Assembly (NCBI GenBank): GCA_963823665.1
Contig: CAWGMQ010000006.1
Span: 1,504,001-1,568,000, forward strand
Origin: an uncultured Planctomycetota bacterium
GTDB lineage: Bacteria > Planctomycetota > Planctomycetia > Isosphaerales > Isosphaeraceae
Direction: 5' to 3'
DNA length: 64,000 bases
The position numbers and the translations under genes are program-made. Shown piece by piece: positions 56,182 to 64,000 of the stretch. A model generated the notes under the pieces. It was given only the letters and a program-made list of their open reading frames with translations. It was not told where the DNA came from and did no database searches. How positions within the stretch are numbered: the stretch's first letter is position 1; every line of letters begins with the position of its first letter.

Positions 56182-57282
56182 CTAGATGTCGTTATTGTCG
56201 TGGATCATCGGCTCGAGCTCTTTGGTGTTGCGTTCGACCGCGAGCACGATTGTGCGTTCTTCGCCACCGTCGGCGCTGGCCGCGACCGCGGGGATGATCT
56301 GGCGCGAGTCGGGCAGGCTGAATCGCACCGTGAACGACCCGTCGCTGCGCAGGTTGACGGGCTCTCCCTGCAGGGTGACGTGGGCGCCGGGCTCGGTAAT
56401 TCCGTACACGATCAACTCGGCGTCGATCTGGAAATGGAAGGCCCGCCCCAGCGGGACCAGCGGGGTCGTTGCCAGGTTCTGCAGGGATGCGCTGGCCATG
56501 GGGCGGCGCAGCCGCTCCTCGAACAGATCGCGCAGATCGATCGGCGAGAGGGGCTGGTGGGAGCCGTTGCCGTTTGGGCTCGGGTTATGAATCCGCTCGA
56601 ATTGTTTCTGCACGTTGCTCCAGTTTTCATCGAGCGCGTCGGTGACTCCGGCCCGGGGCGTGGTGACGACGTTGGACCGCGCCAGCACGTAGAATTTGCC
56701 GCGCCGGGAGACGTATCCGACGTCGACTCGATACGACCGAGGGGGCTCGAGCACGTCGATATACCAGTTGTTGACGCCACCGTGGATCGGGATGTCGCGG
56801 ACGTGGCGCTCGGCCGAGGAGGTAGTGTCTTCGCTGGAGACGTCCATCACTCGGAGGATCGGCCGGGCTTCGTGCCAGTCTTGCCCCAGGGCGGCCCGTG
56901 CGCGAGAGAGGGTCGTCCGGCTCAGCTCCCAGTAGGCGTGCAGCCAGTAGGAATCGCGGGTCAAGACGATGATCCGGTCCTTCTGGCATGCGTGATCGAG
57001 CGTATGGTCCGCCGGCGCCGCGGCCAGGTGGTTCGCCGTGCCGTTGGAGCCGCGCCGCATTGGCGGGGCCGGCACACTTCCGGGTTTCTTTCGCCGCGCG
57101 GCGCTCACGGCCGCAGGCCGAGCCTTTTTCTTTTTCGGACTCTTGGCAGGTGCCGGGCGCGAGCCGGAAAGTGCCCGGATCAGTTGGTCCTTCCTCATCG
57201 CGTGCCAGCCCGCTATGCCCTTGTCTCGCGCCAATTGGGCCAACCGCCTTTTATTGCATTCTTTGAGTGCCTCAACAGTCAT
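56182..57282 (-). CDS. DUF4912 domain protein with Rho-N-like N-terminus
   Basis: LAQLAR..GIAGWHAMRKDQLI; RDSYWLHAYWE, NNWYID, DAELIVYGITEP. Confidence 0.8.
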   Translation of the reverse strand: MTVEALKECNKRRLAQLARDKGIAGWHAMRKDQLIRALSGSRPAPAKSPKKKKARPAAVSAARRKKPGSVPAPPMRRGSNGTANHLAAAPADHTLDHACQKDRIIVLTRDSYWLHAYWELSRTTLSRARAALGQDWHEARPILRVMDVSSEDTTSSAERHVRDIPIHGGVNNWYIDVLEPPRSYRVDVGYVSRRGKFYVLARSNVVTTPRAGVTDALDENWSNVQKQFERIHNPSPNGNGSHQPLSPIDLRDLFEERLRRPMASASLQNLATTPLVPLGRAFHFQIDAELIVYGITEPGAHVTLQGEPVNLRSDGSFTVRFSLPDSRQIIPAVAASADGGEERTIVLAVERNTKELEPMIHDNNDI

Positions 57283-57810
57283 ACGGTGCCACTCCGACAC
57301 CCCCCGCTTTGCCCGAAGCGGCCACTACGAGGGATGAATGTGATTGAATGAGACATTCATCCGTGAGTGGACCGATCCGGAAGGCTCCCTGCTTCCCGGA
57401 CGTCAGCTATTCAGGAAGGGCGTGCCGGCCAGGACTGTGCCCCCGATGTGCGCATCAAAAAAGCGGCTATCGGGCCGGAAACTCCGGTCGTGATACCGCT
57501 TGCATCGCTCACGCTGGTGGCACTCTGCGCAACACTATCGCCATGACGGATCCCCGCGGTGAGCAATGTCGGTTGAGTCGAAGAGCGGCGGTCGGGGGAT
57601 TTAGCACTCGCTTCCAATCGCTGGTTATCAGATACCATATCGAGGCAAGGTCTGTCAATCGCCTATTTTCCCAGTTCGACGTTCAAATACGCACGTTTGC
57701 GGCATCGGTCGTTACAACCTCCCCGACCGGCTTCACAATCGCCAATCTCCGTTCAGTTTCGGACCTCGGAGTGACTTTGTGAAAAATTTCTCGAATTGGG
57801 GTCTGGCTTG

Positions 57811-57839
57811 TTGACATGGCGAGTTGTGCTCAGTATAAC
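57811..57839 (+). promoter_or_regulatory. Candidate sigma70 promoter of the atp operon
   Basis: TTGACA-N17-TATAAC, about 145 nt upstream of the first atp gene. Confidence 0.6.
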
Positions 57840-57982
57840 TGAACGCAGTTTGACCTCCCTCTACGTTCGGAGTTTTCCGGCTGTGCGAGGCTTTCCGGGC
57901 TGTTGCGGTCGGCCTGCCCCGTGGGCCGGAGTGACTCTGGCTCGGATCGCGGGTGCCGGCTCCGGGGAAGTGGGAGTCGCAG

Positions 57983-58312
57983 GTGGCCAAGCAGCCTGAG
58001 CAGCGATCGGCGCTTGCGGTCGGCATCGAGTGGTCCTCCAGGGTCACGACCGTGGCGCTGGGGTTCTCTGTACCGCCGGTGATTGGCTTTATCGTGGATC
58101 GATGGCTGGGCTGGGCACCTGTCGGAACTTTGGTCGGAATCGTGGTGGGCTTTGTGTCGGGTCTGCTCCAAACCGTCCGGCTCGCGAGCGGGCTGCCTGG
58201 AGTGAAGTCTCGGGGGACAGGCGGCTCTGGCGGGGCCGCGGATAGGACGAGGTCCGGCGGCCTGGAGATCCCGGATCGCCGGTCGCAGCCTCCCGGCCAG
58301 GATTCGGCCTAG
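57983..58312 (+). CDS. AtpZ/AtpI family protein
   Basis: Two TM helices, GFIVDRWLG; first gene of the atp operon. Confidence 0.75.
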   Translation: MAKQPEQRSALAVGIEWSSRVTTVALGFSVPPVIGFIVDRWLGWAPVGTLVGIVVGFVSGLLQTVRLASGLPGVKSRGTGGSGGAADRTRSGGLEIPDRRSQPPGQDSA

Positions 58313-58381
58313 TTCGTTTTATCGCTTGCTCAAAGCTTGTTTCGGCAACGTCGCGTTACACCCAAGAATGATCAGGGCTTC

Positions 58382-59206
58382 ATGGCCGAGCATTCAGCAA
58401 ATCCACTGGATCACGTCGTAGACCACGCTAGCATCGAGCTGCCGTGGTTCAGCGGGCCGCATTACGAGTTGAAGCTCGATATCCCGCCGTTGGGCGGGCT
58501 CCAGATCACGCGCTTCATGATCATGGAGTTGATCGCCGCCGTGCTGATGATCGTGATTCTGATCCCGGTCGTCCGGCACATCTCGCGGAACCACGTCAGC
58601 CGCGGCTGGTTCGCGAATATGTTCGAGGCGGTGCTTCTGTTCATTCGTGACCAGGTTGCGCGGCCGGCGATCGGCGGACACGGAGCCGACCGGTTCTTGC
58701 CCTATCTGTGGACTGTGTTCTTCTTCATCCTGTTCAACAACCTCCTCGGCATGTTTCCGGGGGGCGCGTCCGCGACGGGCAACATCAATGTGACGTTCAT
58801 CCTGGCGATCATGACGCTCGTCGTGGTTGTGGGTGCGGGCATGCGGGAGTCGGGCGTCACCGGGTTCTGGCTGGCGCTGGTGCCTCAACTCGATGTTCCC
58901 AAGATCCTCAAGCCGCCGCTCTGGGTTCTGATGTTTTTCATCGAGGTCGTCGGGCTCTTGATCCGCCATGTCGTCCTGGCCGTGCGTTTGTTCGCCAACA
59001 TGTTTGCCGGCCACGTGGTTCTTTCGGTCATTCTTGGCTTCACCCTCATGGCCTGGCCGTCGATCGCATTTTACCTGGTGATGCCTGTCAGCGTCGGCGG
59101 AGCGCTCTGTCTGAGCCTCCTTGAGCTGTTTGTCGCTTTCTTGCAAGCGTACGTCTTCACGTTTCTGTCGGCACTGTTCATCGGGTCGGCTGTTCACCCC
59201 CACTGA
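58382..59206 (+). CDS. atpB: ATP synthase Fo subunit a
   Basis: NNLLGMFP, LAVRLFANMFAGH, LELFVAFLQAYVF. Confidence 0.95.
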   Translation: MAEHSANPLDHVVDHASIELPWFSGPHYELKLDIPPLGGLQITRFMIMELIAAVLMIVILIPVVRHISRNHVSRGWFANMFEAVLLFIRDQVARPAIGGHGADRFLPYLWTVFFFILFNNLLGMFPGGASATGNINVTFILAIMTLVVVVGAGMRESGVTGFWLALVPQLDVPKILKPPLWVLMFFIEVVGLLIRHVVLAVRLFANMFAGHVVLSVILGFTLMAWPSIAFYLVMPVSVGGALCLSLLELFVAFLQAYVFTFLSALFIGSAVHPH

Positions 59207-59226
59207 CGTTAGGAGTTGAGATTCAG

Positions 59227-59547
59227 ATGAAGATGAAGTTGATCAAGTCAATGATCCTGGCCGGTTCCTTCCTCCTCGTGGCGCACAGCACGGCGTATGC
59301 CCAGACCGGAGCGAAGCCGGCTGCCAATCCATTTTCGGACCTGAAGGCCATTGGCGCCGGTCTGGTGACGCTTGGTGCGGCGCTGGGAATCGGCATGCTG
59401 GCCAAGGGCGCGTTCGAGAGTATGGCACGGCAACCCGAGATCGAGGCCAACATCCGGACGGCAATGATCATCGCCGCCGCCTTGATCGAAGGCTTCACCT
59501 TTTTCGCGCTCGCAATCATCATCCTTCAGGTTATCCAGGGGCAGTGA
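59227..59547 (+). CDS. atpE: ATP synthase Fo subunit c with N-terminal extension
   Basis: GAALGIG, ARQPE, AALIEG. Confidence 0.95.
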   Translation: MKMKLIKSMILAGSFLLVAHSTAYAQTGAKPAANPFSDLKAIGAGLVTLGAALGIGMLAKGAFESMARQPEIEANIRTAMIIAAALIEGFTFFALAIIILQVIQGQ

Positions 59548-59726
59548 CCGCGAACTCGCCGGAAGCGTGTTGCCCTCTGTCCCGACGAGACGAACACGGG
59601 TCCGAGCCGAGCGGCTCGCCCCCGTTCGTGGTGGAGGCGGCCGGCACGTTCGTCTCCTGACGCCTCTCATGACCCGGCACCGTATTCTGCCCAATCGATC
59701 CTGAAGCTTTCACTGAGTTACGACCC

Positions 59727-60440
59727 ATGCTTCGTTCATCACACGCGAGATTCGTCGTCGCGCTTCTTGGTGCTCTCGCCCTGGCGCTTGCCGGGAGTTC
59801 TGAGCTTCGCGCGCAGGACCATTCTCCCAAGGCGGCCGATCCTCACGCCAAGCTCGCCGAGGCGACTCCTGGCCACGCCTCGGGTGGTCCGGCTGCTGCC
59901 CCGCATGGCGACGAGGCCCCTAATCCCATGAAGGCGGAGCCGACCCTGGCGGTCTGGACCCTGGTGCTCTTCGTGATCTTGCTGGGCGTTCTGACCAAGG
60001 TTGCCTGGAAGCCCTTGATGCACGCGCTGCACGAGCGGGAGAAGCATCTCGAGCACGTGCTTCATGAAACCGAGCGTGCCCGCAACGAGAGCGAGATGCT
60101 CCTCTCCGAGCACCGCAAGCAGATGGCCCGTGCCGCCGACGAGGTGCGCAGCCTGCTCGACCAGGCGCGGCAGGACGGGCAGAAGACAGCCGAGCAAATC
60201 GTCAAGGCGGCCCAGACCGAGGCCGAGGGAGCCAAGCAGCGGGCCACCCGCGACATCGGTGCGGCCAAGGATCAGGCCCTGGCGGAGATCTGGGAGAAAA
60301 CCGCCGATATGGCCGTCTCGGTCGCCGGCCGGGTGCTCTCCAAGGAACTGACCCAGGATGATCATCGCAGGCTGATTGCGGCCGCGGTGAACGAGCTGCC
60401 CGCGGCACCCGGTGCCAACGGGCACGGAGGAAAAGGCTGA
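59727..60440 (+). CDS. atpF: ATP synthase Fo subunit b
   Basis: WTLVLFVILLGVLTKVAWKPL..ERE coiled coil. Confidence 0.92.
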   Translation: MLRSSHARFVVALLGALALALAGSSELRAQDHSPKAADPHAKLAEATPGHASGGPAAAPHGDEAPNPMKAEPTLAVWTLVLFVILLGVLTKVAWKPLMHALHEREKHLEHVLHETERARNESEMLLSEHRKQMARAADEVRSLLDQARQDGQKTAEQIVKAAQTEAEGAKQRATRDIGAAKDQALAEIWEKTADMAVSVAGRVLSKELTQDDHRRLIAAAVNELPAAPGANGHGGKG

Positions 60441-61034
60441 TGGCTGGTGCGAAAGGGGCCGAGGTGCACGAAGCTCCTGCCGAAAGCGGCGATTCGGCCG
60501 AGGTCGCGCACCGCTATGCCGAAGCACTGATCCACGCGGCCGAGGCCGAGGGAGCCGTTGACGAGGTTCTCGACGAGCTGGCGCAGCTCGAGGGCGACGT
60601 TTTGAAGCCCAACCCAAGGTTTGCCCAGGTGCTGGCGTCGCCAAGGGTTTCCACGGCCGAAAAGGACCGCATCATCGTCGATTTGCTCGAGGGCCGCGCC
60701 TCGAGCTTGCTCGTGCGGTTTCTGCGGGTGCTAAATCGCCATGAGCGGCTGGGATACCTGTCGGCCGTGGCGCGGACGGCGCGTGCCATCTGGGACAAGC
60801 GACACGCCCGGATACCGGTGCAGGTTCGCTCGGCGGTTCCGCTTGATGAAGGCCAGATGCAGAGCCTTCGTGCGGGGCTATCTCGCATGACCGGGGCGAC
60901 GCCGATCCTGGACGTTTCCATCGACCCGACTTTGCTCGCCGGCCTGGTGGTCCAGGTGGGTGACATCCGTTATGACGCGTCGGCCAAAAGCCGGCTCGCA
61001 CAGCTTCGCCAACGACTGATCGAAGGAAAGACGC

Positions 61035-62704
<1,670 letters not shown>

Positions 62705-62740
62705 AGCGTGACTGCGAATAGCGGTCGTGTGGGGAAGGGC

Positions 62741-62849
62741 CCTCACCCCGGCCCTCTCCCACAGGGAGAGGGAGCGAAAAGTTGAATTCGCAGACACGCT
62801 CTGAGCCGGAAAGGTTCCGGGGTTGCTGTAGGGTGGGTGAAACCCACCG
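62741..62849. repeat. REP-like elements between atpA and atpG
   Basis: CCTCACCCCGGCCCTCTCCCACAGGGAGAGGG hairpin and GTAGGGTGGGTGAAACCCACC. Confidence 0.7.
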
Positions 62850-62887
62850 TTTCGTATCGAGTTCGAGTCTAATCAGAGTCTGCTTCG

Positions 62888-63814
62888 ATGGCCAAAGCCC
62901 GAGCAATTATCAAACGCCGCAAGGCGGTTGACAACATCCGGAAGATCACCCGGACGATGGAGCTGATCGCGACCAATCGGTTCCGCAAGGCGCTCAACCG
63001 CGCCACGGAGGCCGAGGCGTTCACGCGGAAGATCGCCGAGCTGGTTGCGGACCTGGGCCAGACGAGCCAGGAAGCCCGGCACCCGCTCCTCGAGAAGCAC
63101 GACCCGGTCAAGAAGTCCGTTCTGCTGGTGCTGACGAGCAATCGAGGCCTGGCGGGTGGCTACAACGGCAACGTGCTGCGAGTTGCGCTGGCTCGATACC
63201 AGGACAATCAAACGGAAGGAATCGACACTTCGATCGAGGTCGCAGGCAAGCGAGGCATCGGCTATTTCCGGTTCCGGAAGCTGACGCCTGACGCGACCTA
63301 CACCCAGTTCGAGGACAAGCCGCAGTTTTCCGAGGTCGAGGTCCTGGCCGACAAGTTCATCAAGCTTTACGTGCAGGGATCGATCGACCGTCTTGACGTG
63401 GCGTTCACGCAGTTCGTCTCGGCTTCGCGCCAGACCGCGACGGTGCAGACGCTGCTGCCGATTTCGACGGCTGACCTTGGTCAGGCGGGCCCGTCCGTAC
63501 GGCAGGCTGGTGCGGCTGCCAAAACAGCAGAGCCGGCGGGGAGAGCGGCCGGGCCGGTTTCGTACGAGTTTCTACCGGACGCCAAGAGCATCCTCGAGGA
63601 GATCGTGCCCGTTTCGTTCAAGGTGAGGCTGTTCAAGTGCTTTCTGGACGCCGCGGTCAGTGAGCAGATCGCGCGCATGGTGGCGATGGGAGGGGCGACC
63701 AAGAACGCGGACGACCTCGTGAAGGCACTGAGCCGCCAGTACAATCGAGCCAGGCAGATGCAGATTACCCGCGATCTGGCCGACATCGTCGGCGGTGCGG
63801 CGGCACTCAAATAA
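62888..63814 (+). CDS. atpG: ATP synthase F1 subunit gamma
   Basis: KITRTMELIA, SNRGLAGGYN, SEQIARMVAM, YNRARQMQIT. Confidence 0.95.
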   Translation: MAKARAIIKRRKAVDNIRKITRTMELIATNRFRKALNRATEAEAFTRKIAELVADLGQTSQEARHPLLEKHDPVKKSVLLVLTSNRGLAGGYNGNVLRVALARYQDNQTEGIDTSIEVAGKRGIGYFRFRKLTPDATYTQFEDKPQFSEVEVLADKFIKLYVQGSIDRLDVAFTQFVSASRQTATVQTLLPISTADLGQAGPSVRQAGAAAKTAEPAGRAAGPVSYEFLPDAKSILEEIVPVSFKVRLFKCFLDAAVSEQIARMVAMGGATKNADDLVKALSRQYNRARQMQITRDLADIVGGAAALK

Positions 63815-63882
63815 TATTCACCCAGCGTGTTTTCCACCTGGAACCGAACGCTCAACATTAATAACCGTATCGCAAGGGATTC

Positions 63883-64000
63883 ATGATGGCCACAGCGACG
63901 ATGACTGGACGCATTTCCCAGGTGATCGGCTCGACCTTCGATGCCGAGTTCGAGGAGGGGCATCTGCCCAATATCTTTAACGCCTTGAAGGTCGAGGGCG
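63883..64000 (+). CDS. atpD: ATP synthase F1 subunit beta, 5' end (truncated by window)
   Basis: GRISQVIGSTFDAEF...LPNIFNAL directly after atpG. Confidence 0.9.
   Translation, partial: MMATATMTGRISQVIGSTFDAEFEEGHLPNIFNALKVEG

Overview
This is a high-GC window from a planctomycete, probably Isosphaeraceae-like. That inference rests on the LE.R.LL-type surface-protein leaders, the ECF sigma/Ser-Thr kinase pairs, the REP families and an AtpA insertion. From left to right it holds: the end of an amino-acid permease; a secreted beta-propeller protein; a RAYT transposase flanked by REP clusters; hemD; and a nitrate/nitrite cluster (NarX-like kinase, FixJ-type regulator, DmsB/DmsC-like fusion, Mo-bisPGD nitrate reductase, NirB-NirD fusion, NarK). 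Next come two ECF sigma / Ser-Thr kinase / large surface protein cassettes and a third kinase, then a cytochrome c/monooxygenase-like gene split by an intact IS4-family element. These are followed by a NoeA-like methyltransferase/LTA-synthase-like locus, hemW and other housekeeping genes, a small accessory island, and most of the F1Fo ATP synthase operon. The strongest candidate for a new system is a translationally coupled SIR2 + degenerate HAM1/ITPase gene pair (53395-54830). It resembles the KomC-KomB effector module of the Kongming anti-phage system, but has no adjacent KomA deaminase, and its HAM1 specificity motif is altered. The second highlight is a bipartite motif (GCGTGAC-N16-TGTCT) found upstream of both an ECF gene and its neighbouring surface-protein gene. 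Many genes, including atpA, carry single frameshifts that are most likely sequencing indels. I saw no rRNA, tRNA or CRISPR array. All calls come from motif recognition by eye; no database searches were run.
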